Assembly (NCBI GenBank): GCA_035450165.1
Contig: DAOTMI010000001.1
Location: forward strand, 45,888-109,887
Reading direction: 5' to 3'
DNA from: Candidatus Woesebacteria bacterium
Lineage (GTDB): Bacteria; Patescibacteriota; Microgenomatia; UBA12405
Length of the DNA: 64,000 nucleotides
Shown: positions 49,956 to 60,329 of the stretch, in pieces
How the letters are laid out: every line of letters begins with the position of its first letter
Position numbering within the stretch: the first letter of the stretch is position 1
Position numbers and translations under genes: made by a program
The notes under the pieces: generated by a model
What the model saw: the letters and a program-made list of their open reading frames with translations, nothing else
Database searches by the model: none
What the model was told of the DNA's origin: nothing

Positions 49956-50006
49956 TATAATCAGTATACCCTACTATCCCCGCTCAGGTGATAAATTAAA
50001 TCCTGC

Positions 50007-52208
50007 TTATGGCCGCCGATTCCGTTGTGGGCGGAGGTTGGGATGAAAATGGCTAAAAGACTGGGCCTGCCTGCCAGTAGGCATAGCCTGCCTGCGATTA
50101 GGCATAGCCTCACCCTGATGGGCCGCCTTAAATTCTGGAGCTGCCAAACGAATCTGATGATTTTCATTAAAACCAGCCACTTTAACATGCAACTTATCGC
50201 CTATTTTGATAATTTTCCGCGGGTCGGAAATAAAACCCTGACTCATTTCGGAAATATGCAGTAAAGCCTCACGCCCAGGTAAAAACTCAACAAAAACTCC
50301 ATAATCCTCAACTCGGGTAACCTGGCCGTTAAATTCCTCCCCGGTTCGAATTTCCCTAACCATCGAACTTATTTCAAAAGCAGCCGCCTTCACCTTAACC
50401 TCATCAGGGCCGGCGATATAGGCTTGACCATTATCTTCAATATCGATTTGCACTCCATATTTCTCCATTAAAGCCCGGATAGTCTTACCGCCAGAACCAA
50501 TAACATCACCAATTTTATCTTCAGGAATAACTACAACTTCGATTTTAGGAGCATAGGGTGATAATTCCTGTCTCGGGGCGGGCATAGTTTTATCGATTAA
50601 ATCAAGAATCTGCAATCTGGCTTGTAAACTTCTGGTAAAAGTTTCCTTAATCATCGGCAATGTCAAACCCCGGCATTTAACATCCAATTGAATCGCGGTA
50701 ATTCCTCCGCGGGTACCGGCAATCTTAAAATCCATGTCACCATAATGATCTTCAATCCCGGCAATATCAGTCAAAAGTAAATAGTTATTTTCACTTTCGG
50801 CTACCATACCGATCGAAATACCAGCAACTTTATCTTTAATCGGCACGCCGGCGTCTAAAAGCGATAAGGTTGAACCACAGGTAGAAGCCATCGAGGAAGA
50901 CCCGTTTTGAGACAAAATCTCAGAAGTCAGCATAATCAAATAAGGGAATTCTTCTTCAGAGGGAATAACCGGCATTAAGGCCTTTTCAGCCAAAGCTCCA
51001 TGACCGATTTCCCGACGACCTGGGCGGCCAACCCGACCTGTTTCACCAGTTGAAAAAGGCATCGCCGAATAATAGTGAATATAACGCTTAGTTGTTTCAC
51101 CACTGCTATCCTGTAGATACTGTCTATCAGCCAAAGTCGACAAAGTAGTGACGGTTAAAGCCTGGGTTAAACCTCGTTGAAATAAAGCCGAACCATGGGT
51201 ACAAGGAAGAACCCCAACCGTCATTGATAACGGCCGGATTTCCTCTATGCCTCGACCGTCAAAACGCCGGCCAGCTAAAGCTCTCTGGCGAAAATACTTT
51301 TTCACAATTTGAGCCAAAGCTTCCTTTAAAATATTGGGGTTGACTTCTTCGGCTTTTATTTGGTCATCATAAAGGGCTAGAATCTTCTCTACTAATTTTT
51401 TTTCACCTTCAATATGCTTACCATCAGCACCATGATCTAAAAATTCTTCGACTTCATCTTTAATTTGACCTTCCAATTGATCAACTAATTCTTTTGTTGG
51501 CAGATATGGCTCAAAAGCTATTTTTGATTTCTGAAATGAAGCCGTAAAGTGTTTAATCTGGTCATTAATTTCTTCGCCATTATTTTTAGCCAGTTCTATT
51601 GCCTGATAAGCTAACTCATTATCAACCATTTGGGCGCCGGCTTCAATCATATTGACTCCAGCCGGGCCGGTACACACTAATAAATCTAACTCTGATTGAT
51701 TTAATTCGCTAACTGATGGAAATAATTTTAATTCATGATTAATCAGACCTACCCGAACAATTGCTACGGGTCCATCAAAAGGAATATCGGAGGCAGTCAA
51801 AGCCGCCGCCGCCGCTAAAAAGGCAGGTACTACCGGATCATGTTCCTTATCATTACTTAAAACAGTAGTAATTATCTGAACTTCATGGTGAAAACCATTG
51901 GGAAATAAAGGTCGCAAAGAACGATCAATAATCCGGCCAAAAAGAATCGCCGCATCCGAGGGTGCTCCTTCCCGTTTCATCCATTTACCGCCTTTAATAA
52001 GACCGCCGGCATATAATCTATCAGCATATTCTACCGACAAAGGAAAATAATCCTTAGTTTCGTCTAATTCTCCTAAGACTACCGTGGCTAAGACCACCGT
52101 TCCTCCCCAACGAGCTATTATTGATCCGTTAGTTTGAGGTGCTAAAATCCCGGCCTCTAGGGTAAAGTCCGCTCCCCCTAGGGAAAGCTTCATGATTTTT
52201 TTCTCCAT
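50007..52208 (-). CDS. pnp: polyribonucleotide nucleotidyltransferase (PNPase) with a basic low-complexity C-terminal tail
   Basis: 733 aa. Two RNase PH domains plus KH and S1. A tail (AMPNRRQAMPTGRQAQ...RPQRNRRP) follows S1. It is encoded by a GC-rich 21-bp imperfect direct repeat at 50065-50109. Confidence 0.92.
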   Translation of the reverse strand: MEKKIMKLSLGGADFTLEAGILAPQTNGSIIARWGGTVVLATVVLGELDETKDYFPLSVEYADRLYAGGLIKGGKWMKREGAPSDAAILFGRIIDRSLRPLFPNGFHHEVQIITTVLSNDKEHDPVVPAFLAAAAALTASDIPFDGPVAIVRVGLINHELKLFPSVSELNQSELDLLVCTGPAGVNMIEAGAQMVDNELAYQAIELAKNNGEEINDQIKHFTASFQKSKIAFEPYLPTKELVDQLEGQIKDEVEEFLDHGADGKHIEGEKKLVEKILALYDDQIKAEEVNPNILKEALAQIVKKYFRQRALAGRRFDGRGIEEIRPLSMTVGVLPCTHGSALFQRGLTQALTVTTLSTLADRQYLQDSSGETTKRYIHYYSAMPFSTGETGRVGRPGRREIGHGALAEKALMPVIPSEEEFPYLIMLTSEILSQNGSSSMASTCGSTLSLLDAGVPIKDKVAGISIGMVAESENNYLLLTDIAGIEDHYGDMDFKIAGTRGGITAIQLDVKCRGLTLPMIKETFTRSLQARLQILDLIDKTMPAPRQELSPYAPKIEVVVIPEDKIGDVIGSGGKTIRALMEKYGVQIDIEDNGQAYIAGPDEVKVKAAAFEISSMVREIRTGEEFNGQVTRVEDYGVFVEFLPGREALLHISEMSQGFISDPRKIIKIGDKLHVKVAGFNENHQIRLAAPEFKAAHQGEAMPNRRQAMPTGRQAQSFSHFHPNLRPQRNRRP

Positions 52209-52212
52209 ATTT

Positions 52213-52482
52213 TTATTTTTTCAAATCAAGTTCTTTGATTAGTTTACCGTAACGTTCGGCGGCATGAGAGGAAAGATAACGCAATAACCGGCGGCGCTTG
52301 GCTATTTTAGTTAATAAACCACGCTTAGCCGGAGTATCATGTTTATTCTCAGTCAAATGAAATTGCAGTTTTTCGATCTCTTTAGTTAAAATCGCTACTT
52401 GAATTTCAGGCGAACCGGTATCCCCTTTATTCTGGGCAAATTTTCTAATAATATCCGCTTTTTCTTCTTTGGACAAAGCCAT
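52213..52482 (-). CDS. rpsO: 30S ribosomal protein S15
   Basis: 89 aa. MALSKEEKADIIRKF...TGSPEIQVAILT...HLTENKHDTPAKRGLL. Confidence 0.93.
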   Translation of the reverse strand: MALSKEEKADIIRKFAQNKGDTGSPEIQVAILTKEIEKLQFHLTENKHDTPAKRGLLTKIAKRRRLLRYLSSHAAERYGKLIKELDLKK

Positions 52483-52548
52483 AAGATAGGGCTATCTTCG
52501 GTAAATCACTAATAAAATATCTTACCGACATGATAGTTACAGAGGCTA

Positions 52549-52815
52549 TTATAACACACTTTTTTTTATACAGGGCCGATTGGCCCCAGTAGGAGCGAGA
52601 TAGGAATCACACTCAGCTTCGCCGTAAACCGGTTTAGTCTGACAATTGCCGCAGGACTCCAAAACAACTCTAATTTTAACTTCGGCTGGCACGGCTGGAT
52701 TCCGAAGCAATCTTAAAAAGGTTTCCTTATCCTCTTGATATTGACTAGGATGATCAAAACTCAGCCATGGCGTGAATTTTGAACATTGGCCGCAACGCAA
52801 AATTTTTTCTTTCAT
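52549..52815 (-). CDS. small cysteine-rich protein (putative C4 zinc-binding)
   Basis: 88 aa with CGQC...CGNC plus two more Cys. Translationally coupled to the upstream DHH-like gene by a 4-nt overlap. Confidence 0.45.
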   Translation of the reverse strand: MKEKILRCGQCSKFTPWLSFDHPSQYQEDKETFLRLLRNPAVPAEVKIRVVLESCGNCQTKPVYGEAECDSYLAPTGANRPCIKKSVL

Positions 52816-53621
52816 ACAGTTGAAACGGAACTTGGCTGGAGGTTCCCAAATAAATCGCCTTTAGACTCAATTTTTTCTAAGGGAGTTACATTATCGAAAG
52901 GATTCAACTCACCCGCCGACGGATTTTCCACTTGAGTCGCCCGTAAGCAGGCAGCCCCAGCTTCAAAGGTTTCCGGAGAAACATTTACTGAAAAAGATTG
53001 GGTGGCTACCCGTAGACCAATTAACAGGTTTTTGGCCGCTTCAAATTTGAAGGGCAGAGCTAGCATCGGAATTAAAAACGCCATAATTTCAGCAAAAGGA
53101 GCATCGGGATCAATAATACTCGCCTGCGCCCATGATTTTTCCATTGGCATAGAACTAATTAAAACCCATTGGCCACGATTAACAATATCAGCCGCCTTAC
53201 CCAACTTGGTTTCATCACCCAGCATAAAATTAATATCCGCCAAAGATGATTGATTATTAATTATAATCTGATCACGCTCAATTTTAGGGGAGTTAGCTTT
53301 AGTTTTGACAACTAAATTCAGCCGGCCGCCATCCTCGTTATAAGCCACTGTTTCAATGCTTTCCTGAGGATAATCTAAGGTAATCACTAAACCGTTGGCA
53401 CTATAAACATTACTTAACAACTCCAAACCACTTAATTTGGAATAATTAGCATCAGGTTTTTGAGGACAAAAAACCTGAACAGACAAGCCAGTATCTTTTA
53501 ACGATAACGCCAAAGCTAGGGCAGAACTAACACTGTCCAAACTCAATTCCGGCACGGCGATAAAAGCACTTTTGGCACCGTCAAGTAAAACCTTAATTGA
53601 TGAAATATTATAAGTTTTCAT
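52812..53621 (-). CDS. hypothetical protein, possibly a degenerate DHH-phosphoesterase (NrnA-like) fold lacking the catalytic DHH motifs
   Basis: 269 aa. The N-terminal pattern AFIAVPELSLDSVSSALALALSLKDTGLSVQVF parallels the NrnA hxHxxPDGDAxGSxxAL...G..V region, but with Asp/His replaced. The assignment is weak. Confidence 0.35.
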   Translation of the reverse strand: MKTYNISSIKVLLDGAKSAFIAVPELSLDSVSSALALALSLKDTGLSVQVFCPQKPDANYSKLSGLELLSNVYSANGLVITLDYPQESIETVAYNEDGGRLNLVVKTKANSPKIERDQIIINNQSSLADINFMLGDETKLGKAADIVNRGQWVLISSMPMEKSWAQASIIDPDAPFAEIMAFLIPMLALPFKFEAAKNLLIGLRVATQSFSVNVSPETFEAGAACLRATQVENPSAGELNPFDNVTPLEKIESKGDLFGNLQPSSVSTV

Positions 53622-55003
53622 CGAGTGAACGCTAGTATACCATCTTTTACTTTGAAATCAACATAAGGTTTAAAAGTTAAACCGCATTCGTTACCGGCCT
53701 TAACTTTATCTACGGCTATTTTTCCCTGTCGAAGACTATCTATTTTGGTGTCTTTAGTAATACCGTCGGCTCTTTTAACATGAACCAAATCACCTTTAGT
53801 TAGCTCACCTTTAGTTACTTTCACCCCGGCGATCCGAGTCTTTTCAATTTTAAATTCAGCAATAATTTCACCTTCTCCCAAAACTGTCTCGTCAATCGTT
53901 GGTTCAAGCAAATGAAGAATTTTATTTTGGATATCGTCAATAATTTCATAAATAATCTTTGACTGAATCACTTTTACTTGCTCATTTTCGGCTAATTTTT
54001 GGATAAATAAGGGAAAATCAACATTGAAAGCATAAATAGCGGCCTTACCGGCACCAGCCAAAAAAACATCATTATCGTTTACGGCACCGACTCCGGCTTC
54101 CAAAATCAAGACGTCGTCAGTTAAACAGTTTCTAATTGCCTCTAGGGTTCCCTGAGTGTCAGCCTTAAGAATAATTTTTAATTTATTGGAAGCGGTAGAA
54201 TCAGCAGTCAATTTGGCCGCAGGGACAGTCGCAACCTGTTGGGGTTGTTTGGTAATTACCGAACCTACCGGCGGCACTGCTTCACAGCCCAGAATCACTA
54301 CTGGTGTTGATGGCCCTGCCGAATCAATCTTTTTCCCGTTATCATCAATTAAAGCTCGAACTTTGCCGCTAATAGAACCGGCATAAATAATATCGCCTGT
54401 CTTGACTGTTCCTTTCTCAACCACCGCTGTGGCTATCGGCCCTCGATTTTTATCCAAACAGGATTCAATCACGGCCGCCAATAAAGGAGCTTCTGGTTCT
54501 GCCTTAAGATCAAGTAAATCAGCCAGTAATTTAATAGTTTCCAGTAATTTATCGATACCCTCACCGGTTTTGGCAGAAATAGCCAGACAGGGAACATCAC
54601 CACCATATTCCTCGGGAGTAAAACCGGCTTCAATCAATTGACCTTTAACTTTATCAGGGGCAAAACCGGCCAAATCTTTCTTATTAAGAGCGACTATCAA
54701 GGGCAATTTAAATTCTTTAACCAACTTCAGGCACTCTTTGGTTTGAGCCATCACTCCCTCAGTACCGGCAATAACCAAAACAACTATATCGGTAATTTTC
54801 GCTCCTCTTGCCCGCATATTGATAAAAGCGGCATGGCCGGGAGTATCAATAAAGGTAATTCCCTTGGCTTGGTAAGCATTGATATGCTGAGTAATACCGC
54901 CAGTTTCCTTAGCACAAACATTGGTCGATCTGATCTTATCCAGCAAAGTAGTTTTGCCGTGGTCGATATGACCCATAATAGTAACAATTGGTGGACGAAA
55001 CAT
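53618..55003 (-). CDS. infB: translation initiation factor IF-2, short form (G domain plus C-terminal domains only)
   Basis: 461 aa. It starts at the G domain ([30 protein letters not shown]) with beta-barrel domains after. Confidence 0.9.
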   Translation of the reverse strand: MFRPPIVTIMGHIDHGKTTLLDKIRSTNVCAKETGGITQHINAYQAKGITFIDTPGHAAFINMRARGAKITDIVVLVIAGTEGVMAQTKECLKLVKEFKLPLIVALNKKDLAGFAPDKVKGQLIEAGFTPEEYGGDVPCLAISAKTGEGIDKLLETIKLLADLLDLKAEPEAPLLAAVIESCLDKNRGPIATAVVEKGTVKTGDIIYAGSISGKVRALIDDNGKKIDSAGPSTPVVILGCEAVPPVGSVITKQPQQVATVPAAKLTADSTASNKLKIILKADTQGTLEAIRNCLTDDVLILEAGVGAVNDNDVFLAGAGKAAIYAFNVDFPLFIQKLAENEQVKVIQSKIIYEIIDDIQNKILHLLEPTIDETVLGEGEIIAEFKIEKTRIAGVKVTKGELTKGDLVHVKRADGITKDTKIDSLRQGKIAVDKVKAGNECGLTFKPYVDFKVKDGILAFTR

Positions 55004-55025
55004 AAAATAAATTTATAATTTCTAA

Positions 55026-56024
55026 TTAACTTTGGGTCTCTTTTCTAGCGGCGATTTTGATTTCCAAACCGGTCAAAACGCCGGCTAAACGGACATTTTC
55101 GCCGCCGCCGCCAATAGCTAGAGCTAACTGATCCTCCGGCACCGTAACCTGAGCTATGCCGTTCTCAATAGCTTCAACCCGAACACCATTGGCAGGAGAA
55201 AGGGCAGCAATAATAAATTGATTTAAATTTTTAGAGAAAAGAATTACATCAACTTTTTCTTCTGCCGGCAGTTCATTTAAAACCGATTGAATCCGGCTGC
55301 CTTTTTGACCGATGCAAGAGCCAACCGGATCAACACCGGGTTGACTGGAAGCCACCGCTACTTTAGTCCGCTCTCCGGGTGTCCGAGCAATCTTTTCAAC
55401 CCTAACGACCCGGTTACTTACTTCCGGCACTTCTCGGGCAAATAGTTCCTTAATGAAATTGTTATCTCGGCGGGAAAGGATCACCTCACTCTGACCAGTG
55501 ATTTCATCCCGAAAAATTTCTTTGATCAAAAATAATTTCTTAGCTCCTAAGGGAAGATTTTCCCCTTTAATTTGTTCGTCTTTAGGACAAATTGCTTCTG
55601 TCTTCCCAACGCCAATTACCAGTTTACTGGGATCAGATCGGAAAACCACCCCTGTTACCAAACTCCCTACTTTTTTCTGAAACTCAGCAATAATTACCTC
55701 TTTTTCCGCCTCATAAATTTTTTGGTCAATAACCTGTTTAGCAGTTTGGGCGGCAATTCGGCCAAAATCAGGCGGTGTTACCTCAAGTCTTTTGTCTCCT
55801 TCAATTTTAAAAACTTTAAATAAACCCGATTCCGGCGATAAATCAACCTCAAACTGATCCTCGTCGGGAATAACGATACCATGCTCCCTCTGATTTCGTT
55901 TGTAGGCAGAAATCAAACCGGCTTCAATTGAGTCTAAAATCAACTGGGGATCAATATTCCGCTCCCCGGCAATTTGAGCCACCGCTTGGGCAAATTCGGT
56001 TTTAGGTAACCTTTTAAGATCCAT
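55026..56024 (-). CDS. nusA: transcription termination/antitermination factor NusA (no AR1/AR2)
   Basis: 332 aa. N-terminal domain, S1, and two KH domains (GSCIGQKGSRIQSV..., ALAIGGGGENVRLAGVLTG). Confidence 0.9.
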   Translation of the reverse strand: MDLKRLPKTEFAQAVAQIAGERNIDPQLILDSIEAGLISAYKRNQREHGIVIPDEDQFEVDLSPESGLFKVFKIEGDKRLEVTPPDFGRIAAQTAKQVIDQKIYEAEKEVIIAEFQKKVGSLVTGVVFRSDPSKLVIGVGKTEAICPKDEQIKGENLPLGAKKLFLIKEIFRDEITGQSEVILSRRDNNFIKELFAREVPEVSNRVVRVEKIARTPGERTKVAVASSQPGVDPVGSCIGQKGSRIQSVLNELPAEEKVDVILFSKNLNQFIIAALSPANGVRVEAIENGIAQVTVPEDQLALAIGGGGENVRLAGVLTGLEIKIAARKETQS

Positions 56025-56160
56025 AATTTTTTCTAAAAAAAATGGGGACCCACTATCCCCATCTCTTTGAGCTTAATTTAAACTAAACTTAACTTTGGGT
56101 AATTATAGCATGAAAAAGCCTTGGGGAAAAATCACAATTCAAATTAAATCCCCCTCTAAT

Positions 56161-56180
56161 CCCCCTTTGACAAAAGGGGG
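56161..56180. promoter_or_regulatory. strong GC hairpin (8-bp stem, 4-nt loop) in the nusA-upstream intergenic region
   Basis: cccccttt-gaca-aaaggggg. There is no clean U-tract on either strand, so terminator versus leader structure is unresolved. Confidence 0.3.
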
Positions 56181-56244
56181 GATATTAAGCAGTGGTGTTA
56201 ATCCGCCTTTGGCGGACAGAGAGATTCCAATTGACATTGGAAAT

Positions 56245-57540
56245 TTACTTACACTTAAATCGATACACCCGCCAACTGACTTTCTCAAAACACTTAGAGT
56301 CGTTAACAAAAGGCAGATCGGGCTGACGATCAGAATGGTAAAGATACAAAGGCTGGGGCAAAGTCCGTAATAAATTGATTTCATCCTCCAAACTACCGAA
56401 CCAAAATCGCTGCCATTCGGCTTCGGTCCAATAATTATCAGCCGGATTAAGACCGGTGGTAATCACCTGCTTAACCGTACTATAGCCCATTAGCCACGGG
56501 GCATTCATTTCATCAGTGGCCAGCAAATAACCGTCTAAATTAATTGTCTGAATTTCCCGGAATTCATCATGATTAATCTGTGGATAAGCCGTCCTTTTGA
56601 CAAAAAAGGCCAAATAAATCAAATTAAGAATTACAAAAATAATTAAAAACAATCTATTTTTAATCTTAGACAGAGCCAAAGCGGCAAACAGCAATAAAAA
56701 AATGTCTAAATAAATTATCAGCCGGCGGTAAAAAAACATCCTCAAAATAGTCGTTAATAATAGCCCAAAGATAGGCAAAATTAAAAATGGTATTTTTCGA
56801 TAATTTTTCAAAAAAGTCAACAAACCCAATGGTAAATAAAGAATACTTAAAACCAACCAAGCCGCCGGCTCATAAAAAGTTCCCGAAGCTTCGCCAAAAC
56901 TAGTTAAAATTGACTTGACCAGCGGCTGATAACTGGACAGGCGAGGTAGACAAAATAAACAGGTTAAAACCAGAGTCAACAAATAGTAGGGCCGGTGATT
57001 TTTGGCAAATAACAAACCGGAAAATAAGGCGGCATACAAAATAAAGTCGGTTGGTGAATGGAAATAAACAGTCAAAACCCCCCAAAAGATGGCCCAATAA
57101 GATTTTGATAATAAACAATAAAAAGTTAGAAATAAAAAGGCTAAAGCGGCAATATTTTTCAGATAATACCAGTAAAAAACCCGGTATTGTACCAAAGAAC
57201 TGGCTAGTAAAAATATAGCCCAAAATGCGGCTTTTTTACCCCATAAACGATTGGCCAGTAAAAAAACAGCCCAAAATAATAAAGCGGAAAAAAACAAGAC
57301 TAAGGGAATAAGAAGATAGGTTGGATTGAACGGAATTAAATGAACCAAAGCAAATAATCCCGGAGGATACATCGATTTCAACCAATCATTTGGGAATGGA
57401 AAATTTTTAAAACCATATAAATATAAACCTGGATCGTAACCCAAAGGAACATTATTATCCAGATACGGATAAAGCCGCCAGCCGATGAAAACCAAAAAAC
57501 AGGCAATAATAATCAGCCAATCTGTCAATTTTAATTTCAT
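56245..57540 (-). CDS. polytopic integral membrane protein (about 12 TM), possibly a GT-C-type glycosyltransferase
   Basis: 431 aa, almost entirely hydrophobic helices, aromatic-rich, with no soluble domain. Confidence 0.45.
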   Translation of the reverse strand: MKLKLTDWLIIIACFLVFIGWRLYPYLDNNVPLGYDPGLYLYGFKNFPFPNDWLKSMYPPGLFALVHLIPFNPTYLLIPLVLFFSALLFWAVFLLANRLWGKKAAFWAIFLLASSLVQYRVFYWYYLKNIAALAFLFLTFYCLLSKSYWAIFWGVLTVYFHSPTDFILYAALFSGLLFAKNHRPYYLLTLVLTCLFCLPRLSSYQPLVKSILTSFGEASGTFYEPAAWLVLSILYLPLGLLTFLKNYRKIPFLILPIFGLLLTTILRMFFYRRLIIYLDIFLLLFAALALSKIKNRLFLIIFVILNLIYLAFFVKRTAYPQINHDEFREIQTINLDGYLLATDEMNAPWLMGYSTVKQVITTGLNPADNYWTEAEWQRFWFGSLEDEINLLRTLPQPLYLYHSDRQPDLPFVNDSKCFEKVSWRVYRFKCK

Positions 57541-57599
57541 CGGCTAGTCAATTTTAACAAAAACTTCTAAATTAACTCCAAGGGGCCATTTCAACCTTT

Positions 57600-58532
57600 T
57601 TAATTAAAGAAAAAATCAAAACTTTCGTTAGGGTTAAAAAACTCGTCTTCCGCCGGCTGGGGTTGAGCCCCCAAATAAACATTGATTTGGGCGGAATCAG
57701 TCGCTAACGGCGTGCGGTTGACAATCAAATATTCCCCTTTCAAAACATCCTCCACCAAATCAGCCTGATCAGATTCAGCCTCCCGAAATTCAATCAAGGC
57801 ATTTTCAATCTTTTTTTCGCTATCTTTAGCTTCGATTTCTTTATAGCCAACGGTTTTAAAAAGATTGCCGACGCGTTTGGCTTCACCGGCTTCGGTGCCA
57901 GCATTGTAAACCATAATTTTGACACTGGGATCGGCAAGAGGAAGCGGTTTTTCGGTAATTTCGGGGGTAACTATAGGAATAACTTCAGCTACTTTTTCGA
58001 CAACTTTCGGCTGGGGCCGATTGCTAATAAAAAAACCGGTTAAAAGAACAAAAACGACGACAAAGCTAGCGGGAATTTGAATTTTACTGGCAATAAATCT
58101 TTTGATATTTAGGGTGGTTTGCTGGATGGGCGGCAAATTTTCTATTTCTTCTTCAGTGGCAACTTCATCGGGAAAGATCAAGATAATCGCCCCCATGAAA
58201 GTGATCAAAAGTCCGGACAAAATGCTGATAGCCAAATGCAAAATTTTGTTGTCCAATTGGACTTTCCATAAAATGATTAAGGCGCCGATTATGCCTAAGG
58301 CAACGGTAAAAATGTAATCAAATGGAGTTGGTTTTTTTGTTTCTATCGGTTCTTCATCTTGCGGTAAAAGCGCGGTAATTATCCCTAAAATCAGAACCCC
58401 ACCCAAAACCCAGTTTAGGGAAAAGACATCGGAAACAAATCCGGGAAATAAAGTTTCCAATAAAAATAGGATTAGATAAAAAATCAAGGAATAACTGAAA
58501 AGCTCTTTAATAATCAGGGCAATCGTTTTCAT
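57600..58532 (-). CDS. multi-TM membrane protein with a C-terminal LytR_C domain
   Basis: 310 aa. About 5 TMs, a Pro/Glu linker, then IMVYNAGTEAGEAKRVGNLFKTVGYKEIEAKDS...VYLGA (LytR_C-like). Confidence 0.5.
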   Translation of the reverse strand: MKTIALIIKELFSYSLIFYLILFLLETLFPGFVSDVFSLNWVLGGVLILGIITALLPQDEEPIETKKPTPFDYIFTVALGIIGALIILWKVQLDNKILHLAISILSGLLITFMGAIILIFPDEVATEEEIENLPPIQQTTLNIKRFIASKIQIPASFVVVFVLLTGFFISNRPQPKVVEKVAEVIPIVTPEITEKPLPLADPSVKIMVYNAGTEAGEAKRVGNLFKTVGYKEIEAKDSEKKIENALIEFREAESDQADLVEDVLKGEYLIVNRTPLATDSAQINVYLGAQPQPAEDEFFNPNESFDFFFN

Positions 58533-58535
58533 AAA

Positions 58536-60329
58536 CTAAGGTGCCGTCGCGCCAATCTTGATGATGATAGTCTCGTCTTGAGAATTGATTGAGCGGCTGG
58601 TCAATTTATATTCAGTCTTAACGATATCTTCAATGGCTTTTAAATCATTTTGATATTTCTCCGGATAGCTGATAGCGGCATTTTTAAACTTGTCAGTTGC
58701 ATTTTCCGCCTTAGCATTGGCATAACCGGCAGTTTGCAATTTAGCCGCCAACCGAGTGCCAGTGCCGCTGGGGGCGCCGCCGTTAAGAATTTTAATCGGC
58801 ATAGTCTTACTGGAAATAGCTGTCGGCGTGGCCACCTTGACCTGGGTTAAAGTGGGAACGGCGGTCGGGATTTCTGTTGGTTTTTTGACAAATTTCTCCA
58901 AAGCGCCCTGATAGTCAATATTAACCTCAAAACCGCCGATTTCCAATTCACCACCGTAGTCAGCCAACTTGGGGCTTTCAAGAGAAAAATAAAGTTTGTC
59001 GCCGGTAATATCCAGATCCTTCGGGTCAAAACTAATCTCACTTACCAGCCATTCTCCTTCCTGCCGGGCCGGGGTTAAAACAGTCAGAAGATAATCGATT
59101 TTATCCAGATTATCAATCGTATTAAGATCAGTGTATTTAACCAGGTCGGGATTAAAAAACTGATCCTTGGAAAAGGCAAAATAGCCGTCGCCGGAATAAA
59201 TAACATCATTTTTATCGGAAGAAAGTTTAAAAAGATCCTTGCCGTTAAATTTAGTTTTGGTTAAGGCCTCCAAATCAGTGGTTACTTTAGTACCGGCTTG
59301 AAGGACGGTAATCTCAAATTTATCATTGACTTTAATTGGGGCTAAATACTCTTTATGGGCAATTTGGGTAGTTAAATTCAGGGTATCAGTATAAACGATG
59401 CTAGGTTTGTCATCTAAGATAAAAAGCGATTTAGCGATAATTTTTTCCTGATTAACTTCCAGTCTGGTAATCACCGAATCACTACTCTTACCGTCATAAA
59501 TCAGGTCAAGCCGATAAATACCCGGGGCAATATCGTTAATTTCCAATTTTTCAGTTTGGGCTTCCTTTTTCAGTAAGGTTTTGGTTGTCATGCCATCGTC
59601 AGGAATAACTGCTTCAGCCATTTTTTTATTATTGCTCCCATAAACAGCCAGATTTAATTTGTCCTCACCTTCGTACATATTAATATCCTGTTTGCTGACT
59701 TTAACTACCAAAGGCGCCGTCTCTACCCAAACATAAAAAGTATGAGAACCGCGGAGAAAAGTGTTAATCACTGCGTTGGGACGGCCTTGTGAGGATGTAT
59801 TTTTAACCAAAGTTTCCTGATTAACAAAATAGCCCCCAATTTTATCTTTCGCCGGCGGGTTATCAATCAAATCGGCAATGGAATGGTAATGTTTCACCCG
59901 CTGATACAGAATATTACTGATACCCTTGATCTTTTCCCAGCCGGCCGCCTCCTGAACCAGTGAGTGATAAAAAGACTGATATAAATATTTATCTTTTTCA
60001 TTACCTCTAACCCCCAATTTAATTTCTCTCGGCCCGGGTTTAAACTTAATTACGGCCCGAATATTGTCAACATTAGGGGCTTTTAAGTCGACCGGAAACC
60101 GGGCCGCTTGGGTGGTAATCACCTGACTGGGAAGTTTAAAACCGCCGGTAGGACTGGTGGTATCGATATTAGCTACCTCTTTAGCTCCGGGAATTTTTAG
60201 AGTGGTGCTGACTTTCTTTCCCAACGGTGCCCAATATTTCCAGCCTAAAAATCCGATCAAACCCAAAAAAACAATACCTCCACCAATAATCGAAATTAGC
60301 TTGATTTGTTTGGGTTTAAGTTTTTTCAT
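58536..60329 (-). CDS. single-TM surface protein with a large beta-rich ectodomain and a C-terminal LytR_C domain
   Basis: 597 aa. N-terminal TM (LISIIGGGIVFLGLIGFLGW), a 450-aa extracytoplasmic region, a PT linker (PTEIPTAVPTLTQVKVATPT), then IKILNGGAPSGTGTRLAAKLQTAGYANAK... (LytR_C). Confidence 0.5.
   Translation of the reverse strand: MKKLKPKQIKLISIIGGGIVFLGLIGFLGWKYWAPLGKKVSTTLKIPGAKEVANIDTTSPTGGFKLPSQVITTQAARFPVDLKAPNVDNIRAVIKFKPGPREIKLGVRGNEKDKYLYQSFYHSLVQEAAGWEKIKGISNILYQRVKHYHSIADLIDNPPAKDKIGGYFVNQETLVKNTSSQGRPNAVINTFLRGSHTFYVWVETAPLVVKVSKQDINMYEGEDKLNLAVYGSNNKKMAEAVIPDDGMTTKTLLKKEAQTEKLEINDIAPGIYRLDLIYDGKSSDSVITRLEVNQEKIIAKSLFILDDKPSIVYTDTLNLTTQIAHKEYLAPIKVNDKFEITVLQAGTKVTTDLEALTKTKFNGKDLFKLSSDKNDVIYSGDGYFAFSKDQFFNPDLVKYTDLNTIDNLDKIDYLLTVLTPARQEGEWLVSEISFDPKDLDITGDKLYFSLESPKLADYGGELEIGGFEVNIDYQGALEKFVKKPTEIPTAVPTLTQVKVATPTAISSKTMPIKILNGGAPSGTGTRLAAKLQTAGYANAKAENATDKFKNAAISYPEKYQNDLKAIEDIVKTEYKLTSRSINSQDETIIIKIGATAP

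Noticed and set aside
56095-56384. Two overlapping ORFs (91 aa on plus, 81 aa on minus) in the nusA-upstream region
   Set aside because: They overlap each other and the 3' end of the 431-aa membrane-protein gene. The translations are low complexity (poly-Pro/Gly from the C/G-run hairpin). The region is more parsimoniously an intergenic leader containing the hairpin at 56161-56180.
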